Source of the DNA: Podarcis melisellensis
Taxonomy: Eukaryota
Length of the DNA: 64,000 nt
Direction: 5' to 3' (one strand)
Assembly: GCA_964234715.1 (NCBI GenBank)
Contig: OZ174281.1
The notes beneath the pieces are model-generated. The model worked only from the letters and a program-made list of their open reading frames with translations, was not told the origin of the DNA and did not search any database. The first letter of the stretch is position 1. Every line of letters starts with the position of its first letter. The translations under genes were made by a program, and so were the position numbers. This document shows, piece by piece, positions 1-13,899 of the stretch.

Positions 1-224
1 TTAAAACCCACTTAATAGTGTGGAATAAAGTACAATAAAAATTGCTTAATGGAATGCATGCATCTTTTTCTTGGTGTGCTAGGAGTTTTCACAATTCTTC
101 TGACTCCTTTTTATAGAACATGAATAAGAGGATTCATAAATACATTTTCATGAGTGTGTTTATTTAAAGGTTTAATATTTCATCTGCACTAATAAAAGCA
201 AGAAGTGTTATGCTCTTAATCGAG

Positions 225-703
225 AACGAAAGGTAAGTGGTGAGTTAACAAAGTTTGCTGATGATTGTAAATTGTTCAGGGTAGTTATAGCAAAAAAAAG
301 AGATGTAAGGCACTCCAAAAAGATCTCTCCGAACTGGGTGAATGGGGAGTTAAATGGAAAATGCAATTCAATGTAGTATTAGAACTCGGGGCCATCCAAT
401 GAAACTGAATGTCGTAAAATTCAGGACAGCCAAAAAAAAAGTACCTCTTTGCATAGTGCATAGTTAAACTTTGGAATTCACTCCCATAAGCCATAGCGAT
501 GGCCCCAAATTCATGGAAAATAAAAACTATCAGTGACTGCTAATCATAATGTTTATGTTGTCCCTCCATTGTGCCTCTGAACACTAGTTGCTGGGATTCA
601 TTATTGCACTCGGGTCCTGCCTGCTTCCTACAGGCATCCTGTGACAACGGGATGCTGGACTAGATTGGCTTTTGGCCTAATTCAGCAGGGTTCTTATGTT
701 CCT
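225..703 (+). mobile_element. Degenerate CR1-type LINE 3' fragment with internal deletion
   Basis: Encodes KFADDCKLF...LQKDLSELGEW..KWKMQFNV, then TRGHPMKL...VKLWNSLP; ends in a cttatgttc-type tail. Confidence 0.75.
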
Positions 704-1911
704 AAGCTCAGTTGATGGATGCAAGTATATCTGGGCTGCGCTGCACTGTAATGCCTTGAGCATATGTATTTTAGGAGGACATAAAGCTTGGACAATGCAT
801 CCCATTGGGACTTTTCCCCCCACCCACCCCCACTCCAGTACCTACACAGCAGAGAGAATATATTGCGATCTTCTTTTGTAGGGAAGAACTTTCAGCCTAC
901 TTCTTATAGTAAGGGGAAAGATAGGAGCTACCTGGGTTGGCTGCTCAAGTTTATCATTTCATAGGCGTGGGGAAGCACATACTGTATTACATGCACTGCA
1001 ATCCCATGCACTTCTCAACAACTTTGGCAAAAAAACCAAAAAATAAAAAAGCTCCACAACTTTTGTGTCACTTTTTGAAATAGGGCAAGCCTAGCGTAGG
1101 ATTACAGACTTAATGGGACAAAGCTATTTCCCCCCTCTTAAATGGCACCCAAGACACCCAGAGGAAAATCATTTCAGAACGGAAAGTGACAAAAAGTGAA
1201 CTAAAACAAAGATGGTGCTCGGTCATTAAAAATCAGCCTAGTAATCTGCCTAGCAAAATCAAACTTCACAGGCTGTAAAACCAGCTTGGTTTTCTGCTGG
1301 CTAAAATCCAAATATGTCTGATGGTGGGCATCAGTAATTTTTATTATTAATACCCCGCCCATCTGGCTGGGTTTCCCCAGCCACTCTGGGCAGCTTCCAG
1401 CAGAATATTAAAATACAATGATTCATCAAATGTTAAAAGCTTCCCTAAACAGCCTTCAGATGTCATGGCACATAAACAGATACATTTTAAAATGTGTTGA
1501 GAGTGACTTCCCATTTTGTCAATTTTGTGTAGGATTTTAGACATGACTCCATTTCTTATTACTGTACATTGGTACAAACTGAAGTCAGCGTAGCCCTTTC
1601 CCTATAACGTAGATTTTAAATGATTTCCAACACCAATCAACAATATTTGCTCTCAAAAGTCAATGCACATTATGAAAGTTTCAATGTCTATTTTACCAAA
1701 GTCAACCCAATCCTAAAATTATGTGTTGTCTATCAATTATGTCTATAATACATGCTTAACTTGCTTACATAGAATTACAACTGCACCCATAAACAGCAAG
1801 TATATTATGATTATAGGCACTGTTTCTCAGATGCATTTTTGTACAATCACATTCTTGTACAATCATGATTGAAATATTCATCGTTAAACATGGACACAAC
1901 ATTCCACAGAA

Positions 1912-3219
1912 CACTGGTACTTCGGGTTAAGTACTTAATTCATTCCGGAGGTCCGTTCTTAACCTGAAACTGTTCTTAACCTGAAGCACCACTTTAGCTA
2001 ATGGGGCCTCCTGCTGCTGCCGTGCCGCCGGAGTAGGATTTCTGTTCTCATCCTGAAGCAAAGTTCTTAACCTGAGGTATTATTTCTGGGTTAGCGGAGT
2101 CTGTAACGTGAAGCGTATGCAACCTGTTGTTGTTTTTTAATAAATATTTATTGAAATTTTTAAGCTACAATATAAAAAACAAACAAAGTTATAACATAAC
2201 ATGACATATTTTCTTATCTTCTTAGGACCTCCTCACGTCTCCCGCCCCTACCTTCCACTTTAAAAATTAATCCAGCAAATTATCACCTTGCTTCCATCCT
2301 TACTGTCTAGTTTTCAATGTTATATCTGAAATTTTAGGTACCTTGGTTATACTCCATAAAAAATTAAATTTAGCCAAATAGTTATCCAAAAAAATTGTTT
2401 TTTCTTACATTTTGACTTATCTTCCTACTTCACTTCATCTATTTTAATGGTGCCAAATTGTTTATAATCAAGCATCCTGCTTAACATTCATACAGCTTAC
2501 AATATTTTTGCAAATAAATCTTAAATTTTTTCCAATCCTCTTCTACCGTCTCCTCTCCCAGGTCTCGGATTCTGCCGGTCATCTCAGCCAGTTGCATATA
2601 GTCCATCAGTTGCATCTGTCATTCTTCCAGTGTGGGTAAATCTTGAGTTTTCCAATGCTTCGCGAGAAGTATCCTTGCTGCTGTTGTTGCGTACATAAAG
2701 AATGTTCGGTCCTTCTTTACCACCCCTTGGCCGACAATACCCAAAAGGAAGGCCTCTGGTTTCTTAGAGAAGGTATACTTGAATACCTTTTTCAGTTCAT
2801 TATATATCATTTCCCAGAAAGCCTTCACTTTAGGGCAGGTCCTCCAGAGGTGAAAGAATGTTCCTTCATTTTCTCTACATTTCCAACACTTATTATCAGA
2901 CAAGTGGTATATTTTTGCAAGTTTGACTGGGGTCATGTACCATCTGTATATCATTTTCATTACATTTTCTTTCAAAGCATTACATGCAGTGAAATTCAAC
3001 CCAGTAGTCCACAACCTTTCCCAGTCCTCAAACATGATATTGTGCCCAATGTCCTGTGCCCACTTTATCATGGCCGATTTTACCGTTTCATCTTGTGTGT
3101 TCCATTTTAACAGCAAGTTGTACATTCTTGAAAGTATCTTAGTCTTAGGCTCTAAGAATTCCGTTTCCAACTTCGAAAGCGTATGTAACCTGAAGCGTCT
3201 GTAACCCGAGGTACCACTG
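1912..3219. mobile_element. Tc1/mariner (Tigger-like) MITE, split by the L1 (pieces 1912-2126 and 3177-3219)
   Basis: TIRs cactggtacttcgggtta / taacccgaggtaccactg + TA; reverse complement of the copy at 9516-9747. Confidence 0.85.
2127..3176 (-). mobile_element. L1/Tx1-clade LINE 3' fragment inserted in a MITE
   Basis: ORF2 C-terminus with CWKC...H.WRTC zinc-knuckle (RWYMTPVKL...CWKCRENEGTFFHLWRTCPKVKAFW), AT-rich 3' UTR and A-rich tail; flanked by AAGCGTATGYAACCTG. Confidence 0.85.
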
Positions 3220-5901
3220 TATTGTGTCTTTATATATACACATACTCCCATCATATCTGACCATAGGCCATGCTTGCTGGGGCTGTAGGAAGTTGGTTAT
3301 GCATCTCCATGATCTCCTTTATTCCAGCAGTTTCCCTTTCTATATAAAGTCCAATTCCTCAGAAGAGACCAGGGGCTTACACAGTCACTGCCCATACCTG
3401 GTCTTCTGCTGGGTAACTGTTCTAAAGCTGAGACTTAGTCCACACCCATGTAGATCCCTACCAACAGAGCTGTCTGGGAACCAAAGAGGTGTTCCGACTG
3501 TGTCTCTCGGCTTTGGGCTCCTGAAGCCCAAGAGGGAGGATGGGGAGAATTGGGGACCAAGAAAGGACTTGGGATGGGGTCATTGCAGTGCTTAGGCCAA
3601 AATCCCCAGGATGGGGCTCTTGAGGCTGCCCTCAAGCTCATGCATTTTTCACCATGTCTCCAGTGAAAGCAGGGTTCTTCATGGGCCCTAGGCCATCATC
3701 CTCCAAAGAGCTTTCTCCAGAGTCTGAGCCAGCAACAACCCTGCCATCAAGAGCCCTGTATCGTGCCCATTCATATTGTGCCAAAGTGCCTGCCATCTGT
3801 TTGGCTCTTCCAAATAAAAGTTTTATTGTACAGGCAGAGCTTTAAACTTTTATTCCCTTTTTTACGAATTCACTTGGCACTTTGTGGAAAAGGGAACAGC
3901 AGCAAATTCTTTGAGCTTGCTCGGTGAAAGGAGCTGGGCAAGGGGCCCAGGCTCTTCCTCTGCATTAAGCAGTGTTTGTGTTTGAAGGTTCTGGAGATTT
4001 CTGAAGAGAACATCTCCTTCTGAATAAAACCTTGACACCTAAGGGTTGCTTCATATGTCACTTTTGATCCTCAGGAATACACTGTACTAAACGGGCATGG
4101 ATTGTTTGTATCCCCCCCCCATTCATTTATGGTACAGACGTCGTATGTTGTTGTTGCTAGAACAAGGGGGGTTGAACGGTTTTATCTTATATGGTGAGTG
4201 CAATAAGTGGTTCTATACAGATCCAGGATAAAGTTCCACTCACCAACCCCTTTGCCCCCACAACCCTTCTGCGCTCCCAGCCCAGAGATCACACAAACAC
4301 ACGGGACCTTCTCTTTCTCTCCTTTTGCTTCCCTTCACCAGATGACTAAGACTATCATTCACACATACAGGTGCATGCCTCTCCCCCACCCACAACTTCC
4401 CTTAACTCCCTTATCCACATACCCCGTGCCATCCTTGCATATAACCTCTCTCGCTTTCTGCCACTGCCACCTAACTCAGACTGACTCTTCATCTTGCATG
4501 TGTTGCTGCTGCCACAGCCAAGCAGAAGCAGTGTGGGGAGTAGGAAAGAAGCCAGAAGCTGCTGTGGCCAGTTTAGGGATCCACTGGTGCAGTTTCTGCC
4601 ATGCCATTTGGTCTGTGCAGCCTCCCTTCCTCCTCCTAGCCTCTTCTACAGTGGTGCTTCATTGTCATTACCTCCTCCTCCTCCTCCTTCTAACAGTCAT
4701 CATGCTGTAGTTTGCCTAACTAGTACCATCTGTTGGTGGCCATACGAACTACACTGTGATGACAATCTTGTATCTTTATTATATGTATAGGTAAGCATGG
4801 CATCCATGGAAGACATCTACATTTAGAACATCAAGTACAACAGTTCAGCAAAGTCACAACACCAGGATAAATAATTCAATATATTACTTCAGATCTACTT
4901 GGAAAGGAAAACAAAAATGGAAATGGTCAATTCTGATTTGAATTGGCGGCCATGGAACTCTGAATCCTTCTGTACATTAAACTTTAGACAGAGGGGACAA
5001 CAACAGATAATTTGCATGTCTGTGTGCCCAACTTTAGCTTCAAACACTTGAGAAATGTTTCTGCATTATTAAGCAGATATCCTAGTTTCCCCTGGGGCTT
5101 TTAAAACAGAAGATTTTAATTATTGTATTTCATTTCTGGAGATAACAAGTGAGCTAACCTGTGTTTGTATTTTTTTAATATTAATGCTACATCTTAAGAA
5201 GTTAGTTGCATGTTTTCTCCCAAAATAGAAAGCATTTTGTGACTCCTTTCTGTTTAAGCAGTTGTTTTAAATCTGATCAGACAAGCTTCCCCACCAGAGT
5301 CATCTCAGAACCTCTCCACATGTCACACTTCAAGCAGGTCCATTATGGAAACCTACTACAACAGTAATGTCTGTGCATCTGCCTCTAAATTACCAAAGCA
5401 GTGAGGTTTCCTTTGTGCAACTTTCAACAACTTTTATGAACTTTCACATTTATCAACAAAGTACCTAGACCAAATCTGGTATTTTAATTCAGAGTCAGAT
5501 CAAGGTATAGAGAATATTGTTCCTAACTAGAGCTAGAAGGATCTGTCAATCTCTGTTCTCTCCATTTCTTTTTCCCCCAATCTAAAATCTACCTCTCCAA
5601 ATTTCTGCAGCAATTTGCAATCACCTCATGAACATTTATCAGCATTTTAGTGCAGATTTCTCCTAATAAACTGGGTTTTTAAACTGTTTTGAAAACATGC
5701 AATAATACATTCATTTTTATGCACACTTTCCCCTAATATATGCACTTATGTAAACACTGGTTGGTTGGAGAAGTGCATCACAAAGTTCAGATAAGTTTTT
5801 GGCACTACAAGTAGATTATTTGGGTGGCTTGCAATAGATTAGCTAGGGTTTCTGCCTCCTCGTTGTTTTAGTGCAGCAACAAAAAGACTTTTGCCATCAC
5901 G

Positions 5902-5903
<2 letters not shown>

Positions 5904-5936
<33 letters not shown>
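5904..5936. repeat. (GT)n microsatellite
   Basis: Seen directly. Confidence 0.95.
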
Positions 5937-5940
<4 letters not shown>

Positions 5941-6559
5941 GACCATGAGCTCAGTTGAGTTCTGGTCCTAAAAACAAATTCCTAGATTCAGCATGTGCTC
6001 AGAGGCACACTGTATCTACAGTCTTAGGGTTCTACTAAAAAAACCAAGCAGGTCCGACAAGCTTGATGTCTGCACAACATTATTCAACCTGACAGACCAG
6101 AATATTCCAGGATATTAATGCTCCTGTGTCAAGATCTTGACTCTGGTCAGGAATTGCCTCAAAGCAACCCACAGTAATAGTCCCATTCACAGAAGTTTCC
6201 AAGCACCTCAAAAAACAGTGCTTTTCAATGAAATCAGCTGATACTTTGAGCTGCCAATCATCAACTTCACTGTAATCTGCTGAGGGCAAACTGAGTTATG
6301 TATGAGTTTGAGCTATGTTTGAACTTTCCCCCGATTATAACAGTTTCACTATGGGGCAGGGGAGGAAGCATGGAAACTACACAGCAAAATTGCTACAGTG
6401 AGGAAAAACGATACAATGATTTATACAATGTATAAAATCATTCCCCATATGATGCAGAGAAATGTCTGATTATAGCCAATAGAAAGGGACAGGTGCCTAA
6501 ATTCAAAATAGGTATAAATGGTACCTACTGACATGCAGGATAATATTGTTACTAAGGTT

Positions 6560-7125
6560 GCATGCCACCCATAATCTTTGCTAACCGGTAGCAAGATTCC
6601 AAAACCCGTCATTTACCCTCACTAGATTCAACGTGCTGCCATCTGCCTTACTGCGGGGCAGATTCGAGGGTAAACCATACATGAAACTAGTCTGCCCCTG
6701 CGGCTTGATGGAGGTAGAAACTGTCTCTCATGCCTTGTTACGCTGCCGTTTCTATGGGGATATACACTCGGTATTTATTACCCCTGCTATGCAAAAATCT
6801 CCAAATGAATCCGAACTTCAATGTCTAAAATCCCTGGTAGAGGACAAGGATCCTGAGATCACATAAAGGGTAGCCAAATTCTGTGTGATTGCCATAAAAC
6901 GTAGGGAACAAGCTGTGCTATCATAATGATTAAGGCCTTAAATGATAATTTTAGGTTACATTTTAGTGACTAAGTTTTCATTTATATATATTTTTAACAG
7001 TTGCTATATCTGTATTGTTCCTGTTATACCTAATTGAAAATTCAAATGTATCCCTACCGTGTTTTATGACTTCCTTGATATTGTATGTGGGCTGGAACTG
7101 GTCTGTGACCGAAATAATAATAAAT
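6560..7125 (+). mobile_element. Non-LTR retrotransposon 3' fragment (RTE-X/L2-like; clade uncertain)
   Basis: FTLTRFNVLPSALLRGRF...CPC...EVETVSHALLRC Cys/His C-terminal motif, followed by an AT-rich UTR and a (TAA)n tail. Confidence 0.6.
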
Positions 7126-9515
7126 ATAAATTTTCCTGTAACGTACCATCATCGGTCAGCGTAAGCTTGGCAACCTCCATTGGCACAGACCCCAGGATTC
7201 TTGTGTGATGGGCCATCAACACTTTTTGTCATGCTATCCCAGATAAGACCCTCTCCTGGGAAGGGAGCTTAGCCTGTATTTCTCCACTGGCCTAGCATCT
7301 TCCCTTCAATACTCCAAAAATCAGCTAAATTCAACCCCTTAACATTCTCTAGCTCTAGCAGCTACTGGCTGCCCTTGCACCTGCAAATTCTGTTACCCCA
7401 GATCTGTAACAATACTAAGTGGCACAGCCACTAAAATCCTAACCATGACTAAAACAGTACTACTACTTCTTTTTTTTAAGGGAGGGGGAGCCAAATAAAG
7501 AATGCTGCATGCATCGATTTCACAAATAACTTCTGAGTTGAGTGGAGCAGCTATACTTAGTGAGTTGGCACTGCTGAAATCAACTAATCTCCATGACCAG
7601 GCTGAGATTAAAAGGCAACCAGAGAGCTGCTCTCTGTGAATCACAATAAAGAATTTGCTGTATTCAAAAAGTTACAGCTATGTGGATGAATGCCAGTGAG
7701 CTACCAGTGTTCCAGAGCGAATAGATGCCAGCTGGAAAACCTAGTGTCATAAAATGGCAAAATCCCTGTAGAAAGCGCATCTCTTAAACCAATCAAAGTG
7801 ATGGGTTTTGTGCTAACTGGCCTAAATTAGAACTTATGATGCTCTCCCTCTCCCATTTAAATTGAAAGAATTAATTAGGAACCCATCCTCTCCCACAAAG
7901 TGGGCCTTAAGGTGGACAGACAAGCCATTCCCTGGGAAATCTCACAGAAACTCAAACAGGGATGTTTAACAACCCTGCCCCTATGCATACACAGAAGTAT
8001 GTGCAAGAGAGATGAGATCTGCCATAGGTTTGCCAGCAGAATTAATATTAAAGTAAGAGTGACCCATCAGGTGAGATTTATAAGAAATGAAACACCTTAT
8101 TTGTTGGAAAAGTTTGATGATTTTAAAGCAGAATACCATTCTAAGCTTCTGGAAGGATGCAGGAGACTCGATTCGAACCAGGTACTCTGAAGATGGGACA
8201 TTTTGTTCTTTGTTCCATAAAGGCAACTTGCAAACTGCTGGCTAAAGTTCTGCTGCACCTCCGCATTGCCATTTTAAAAGGTTAGAGGATGGGACTGTAT
8301 TTAATTAAGTGATTAAGTGACATGTGGGATTAAATTACCGTATATAAGAAGCCAATAGTGGCCCATTGCGCCCTACAAAGCTGCTGACTGTGGCCTGTGG
8401 TCAGTTTATTGTGACAGGAAGGAACAATAGTGCATTGTGACAGGAACAAAGCTCAGACTTGCACACTTCCTTTCTCCCTATTTGTGGCTGATATCCAAAG
8501 TTTCTGCTTCATATCAGCTGCAGTTTAGTGTGTCATTCAAACCCCAAACCGTTAATCTTAACTATGGTTTGTTGAAATAAGATGGCTTCATGAACTATGT
8601 TTTGAAGATGGCTTGTTTCAAATAAGCCAGGGTTAAAATTAACCACATATTGTCTGGTACAGTCTAAAAATAGCTACAATGCATCTGTTCTCTTTGCAGC
8701 CATGCCGTAAGAAAAGGCTAAGGGAGTACACAAGCTTGACACTTGCTGTGGCTACTTCCCACCACAGCAACCATGGTTTATGACATGTCATGATGAACCA
8801 TGACTATCATGGTGTCCAAACCAGCTCAGAGTTTACTTCAAGTAACGAATGCGCTGCTCACAAACTGCATGGCTCTGTTTATTTATTTCAGTATTGCCTT
8901 TCAACACTAATGTTCCCAAGTGGATTACATAAAACATGTATTTTAAATACATATACAATTATACAACAATTATTAAAAATTCCCTTCCCAAATACCTAGT
9001 GGAATAAAAATATTTCCCATTGTGTCCACAACAAGACCAAGAAAGAATCAAATGGTATATAAATTTTATGAAACAAATAATAAACAAGCAAATGCCATAG
9101 CTCAAAGCTTGTTTAGAAATTGTAGCTTCCAGTTTAGGAGCCTTTCATTCAGTGAGTGACAACTAATTCAAACAAGAGACCAAAGGAAGCAAAAAGTAGC
9201 CAGATCACAGCAACACAATTGCCTTGTTTTCATCTACCCTCAGTTACTATATAGCAAACTGGAGTAAGGCTCATAGGGAGAAATAGCACCCACAAACATA
9301 CTGTAGCAACACATCACAATTCTGAGAATTGCTTTCACTTCTCAGTGAGTAATGTATGCACAGCAAGGTAGAAAAGCAGGTGTAATCTGGCAGGACTAAA
9401 GATGGGGTACAGAAAAGGGGTCTAATAAAGTATTATTGCCAGGGACTAAGTACACATTGTTGCTTGGAATATATTTTTTCTTGTGGCAACAATTCCTAAC
9501 ACTGACTGGGAAATA

Positions 9516-9747
9516 CAGTAGTACCTCAGGTTACATACGCTTCAGGTTACAGACTCCACTAACCCAGAAATAGTGCTTCAGGTTAAGAACTTTGCTTCAG
9601 GATGAGAACAGATTTCGTGCTCCGGCGGCACAGTGGCTGCAGGAGGCCCCATTAGCTAAAGTGGTGCTTCAGGTTAAGAACAGTTTCAGGTTAAGAACGG
9701 ACCTCCGGAACGAATTAAGTACCGGTACTTAACCCAAGGTACCACTG
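9516..9747. mobile_element. Tc1/mariner (Tigger-like) MITE
   Basis: TA|cagtagtacctcaggtta ... taacccaaggtaccactg|TA; internal ttcaggttaa/ttac subrepeats. Confidence 0.9.
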
Positions 9748-9779
9748 TAGTCTAAAAATAGCTGAACCAGAATGTATTA

Positions 9780-9940
9780 CAGTGCACACTCAGGTTGCGA
9801 ACGTGATCCATGCGGGAAGCACGTTTGCAACCTGCAGCGTCCACAACCCTCAGCGCCGTGTCTGCGCACGCACGGGTTGCAATTCGGCACTTCTGCGCAT
9901 GCGCCGAAACCCGAAAGTAACCCGTTCCGAGGTATGACTG
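9780..9940. mobile_element. Second Tc1/mariner-type MITE, deleted derivative
   Basis: TA|cagtgcacactcagg ... ccgaggtatgactg|TA; CpG-rich interior. Confidence 0.7.
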
Positions 9941-12900
9941 TATGTTGCAACTCTGCAAACTTGCATCAAAGGGAACAATACCAGTCCAATTCACACACAT
10001 AAAAAGGACAAATTGTATTGATTTCAGCCAGATAAATAAATAAATGAATAAGAACAGTCATGTGAATTGGCACCTACAATTCAATCCTGTGCAGGTGCTT
10101 ACTAACAAACAGGTCTCAATGATTTCATCAGGACTCCCAAATAAGCCCATAGCCTTAGGTTGCAACCCTAAACACACTAGGGAGGAAGTCTCACCAACCT
10201 CAGTGGGATTTAAGCACACATGCACAGGACTGCATTTTTCATCACGAACAAGATCTTGTCTTCAACACCTTCATGGGGTTACAGAACTAGTTATAAGACT
10301 GTGCAACACTGAGGCTCATTATTTTTCATTTTTACCCTAACACATTTAATGACTGAGAATACAAACAAAACATACTAAGTTAATCCAAATGCTCTCTCTG
10401 AAAACCCAAAAGCTCCCCTGACAGCATTCAGGCTCCCTCCAAGCGTCTGCCTTCCTCTCCTCTGCACACTGCCATTCAGGCTCATGTTTTTGTTATGGAA
10501 CAAAAACCTCACTTCCAGCTGTGGCGCCAAAATCTAGTGCACACTGTAAAAGTAACTGACAGCTCAGATGTGTAGCTTAGTGGAGGCCTGGAGTAGTTCT
10601 ACCAATGAGAGGCTGACTTTTTAACAGAGCCACACATGTTTACAGACTGCATTCCGCCGGTAGGAGGAAGAGTCTGATGGAAAAGCCGTAATGGATTTTT
10701 CAGCAGAAGCTTAGATTAATTCAGTTCAAGGTATCGGCCCACAAGCCATTGAGCGAGCTAGCGTTTAACTGAAACAGAGATTCACTAGAACAGAAGTCTT
10801 GAAACCACATGAAATGCAACAGCTATGTCCCGTTAAATTATGAAGCAGGACAATTTGGGGGGCAGGAGATTCTAGCTCCTCCTAGCCCCTGAACCTTTTT
10901 GTAGACTAAATAACAAACTACAAGGCCTACAAGAATTAAACTTTGTGACCTTGTATCACATCAGCTCTAGACATTGCCTAGTACACTGTGTTCTCTCACA
11001 ACCACAGTATTATTTCTATTCTACTTCTAATACTTTCAAATGCAAAGTGTTTTACAATTCATACTTTGTGCATCCTTCTAACAATCCTATAAAGTGGGTG
11101 ACTTTGAGTTCATCTGGCAGTTGGAACTCCTCAAGTCTATTTGTTTAGTTGATATGATACTTTTTAATCTCTCTGCAATCATTATCACACACTTTCCAGT
11201 GCATTTTCCTGTCCCTTTTCTTGCCACATATGCACAGGCGCACGCACACACAAATCCAGAGCTGGACTGTTATGTTATTATGCAAGTGTACCAAATCCAC
11301 TTTAATTGTGCAACCAGAATTTGCCTGAATTCCACCTGCAAAATGGCAACAGTCTGAAAGCAGTCTGATGTGGTAGACCATATTTACAGGCACTGCTTCC
11401 CTTGAGGTGATTTTTTGGGAATAGGAGTGCATTTTGCAGCCCCTACTCTAATGGGAAGCTGCACCTACAGGGATAGGCTAGCTGGCTCAAAAACATACTT
11501 TATCCATTCTGTCTATGTTGAAAGCAGTGTGCCACATCAAAGATGATCCACCCCATCCCTTCCCTTTTACAAATAGGCTGAAAAGTAGTGGAAGGTGACT
11601 GTGTGGCTAATTAGATATTTTGACAATCATAACCATAATAATTCATTATTTATATGCTGCCCATCTGACTGGGTTGCTCCAGACACTCTGAGTGTCTCCC
11701 AACCAAAAATACTAAAAGCGCAATACAACATTACACACTAAAAACTTCCCTGAATAGGGCTGCCTTTGGGATAACCAACCACAAAATCAGGAAAGCACCA
11801 ACAGCAGGAGGGGTGGAGGGCTCCAGGTGTGTGAAATAAGATTTATTCCAGACCCAACATGTTTAGGAATAAATCCTTCCTTGGGGGAACATTTTTTGGC
11901 AGCTGTGTTCTATATTACTTGCATTTGAGAAATGCTGCTAAAAATGAAGGATTTATTTTGTTCCAAAATAGATAAAGCTAAAATCTTATTTCAAGCACCT
12001 GGAGCCCTTACGCTCTTTCTTCCAGGTAGAGATTAGTCCTCAGCTTTACATCCAGTGCCATCTTAACCAACAATCCTCCAAGGTTGTCAGCAATATCGCT
12101 CATCTTGTAGATAATTTGTCAAACATGACAAATGACTAAGGATGTTATAGAGTTAAACTTGCTTGGCCTTGAAGGCATCTCAGAGTGACAAGCCTCTTAA
12201 CAGGTGGAAGAGATTTTGTGCACAGTGCTAAAGGGAACAATCTTAAACTCATTTTGATTTGTAGGTCACCGATTCCCAAATGGCAAGTTCCTAAAACATT
12301 GTGAAAACAAGTTGCCTTGATGCTGCTACTGAGCTGATAAAGGTCTGAAGGCCCCAATGATCTGAAAACAAAGGAAGCTTCTGTGTGGTTGTTTCCCAAG
12401 GTTTTGTTTTGGTGCTCTAGTGCTTGAGCAAAAGCAGGCAGGAAGAAGCCTTGAGTAAGAACAATATGGTTTGGATAACCATGCCAACGCTGTTCCTATT
12501 AAGTACAGAGATGATGGCTCTGAGCCAGCAGAAATTTCCCTCTGTGCTACGAATGGGCACAGGGTTAGAAGGAGCTAATGATGGGTGCCAGGTGAATTTT
12601 GTCCCTAAACATTGGCTTCTGGGTGTCATGGACACCCTCTGCCAAAACCCAGAATTGCAAACTGAATGCTGTTCCATTTATCCGACTTTGGAAACTCAGG
12701 TCTGCCCCTGTAAGTACACTGAACAGGCTGTGTGTTTTGTAGCGAATATATCTGCATGGCATACAAATAAATAATTATTGTATTCATGCTACATTGTTTT
12801 CCTTCCTTTATCCATTCCACTTGGCACAAAAGGTAATTATGTAACAGAGGAGATTATTCTGGTCTCTGTTCTGGGTTGTTGTCACACTGGCCTGCATTCT

Positions 12901-13680
12901 CGACCATGCTTCTTCTGTTTGGAACACATGGACTCTGAGATTTAAAAAAAAAAAAGTTCTGAAGGGTTAATCTGAAAATTAGCTGCAACATGGTGGGCTT
13001 CTACCCTAATACCACACTGATATCAGTCTGAAGAGCAGGTTTGTCTGTCTGTCTGTTTGTTTTTTAAAAATATTGGTTATTTTTCATTTATATGGTTATA
13101 CATTGCTCAGAACTTTTTATGGTGTGCTTAATACTTATTTATTGATTAGTGGACCTCAGGGCTCTGCGGCATAGACTGATTAACTGCTCCATCAATTACC
13201 GGTAACACAAGGATCACCTTTAGCAACAACTAAGAGAAAGCAGCAGAGGGCCCTTCCCCCAGGAAAACCACCACTAAGGTGCAAGTTTGGGCAAATGCAC
13301 AACAAAGCTTCAGAAAAAGGCAGTGAAAAACCAGGTGCTGAAATAAGGACAAACAGCATTAATACCCAACAACATCCAATGTAGCTAAGTTTCCCTAAAC
13401 CCATTTATTTCAATAAGCTTAGGAGCAGCTCAGCTCCTAGGATTAGACTCTTCAGATGCAATTCTACACAGACTTACTTCAGAATAAGCCCCATTTAACA
13501 GTACAGTCTATGTAAACCCGCATTGGTTTGGGCTGAAAAGGTTAGGAACATAGGAAGTGACATTATACCAAGTTACCCTGTGGCTCTGCCTAGTTCAGCA
13601 ACGTCCACACTAACTGACAGCAGCTCTCCTAATGTGGATTTGGGGGTGGGAATCCTGCATTGCATGTGGTTAGACTAGAT

Positions 13681-13816
13681 CAGGCACCCCCAAACTCAGC
13701 CCTCCAGATGTTTTGGGACTACAACTCCCATCATCCCTCGCTAACAGGACCAGTGGTCAGGGATGCTGGGAATTGTAGTCCCAAAACATCTGGAAGGTCG
13801 AGTTTGGGGGTGCCTG
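13681..13816. mobile_element. Palindromic hAT-type MITE
   Basis: TIRs caggcacccccaaact / agtttgggggtgcctg; 8-bp TSD GACTAGAT/GACTAGAA. Confidence 0.88.
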
Positions 13817-13899
13817 GACTAGAAGATTGTCCCTTCCAACTCTACAATTATAGGATTCTGACGGGAAGAAGTCTTTGCAGCCCTACCTGCTTACGGGTT

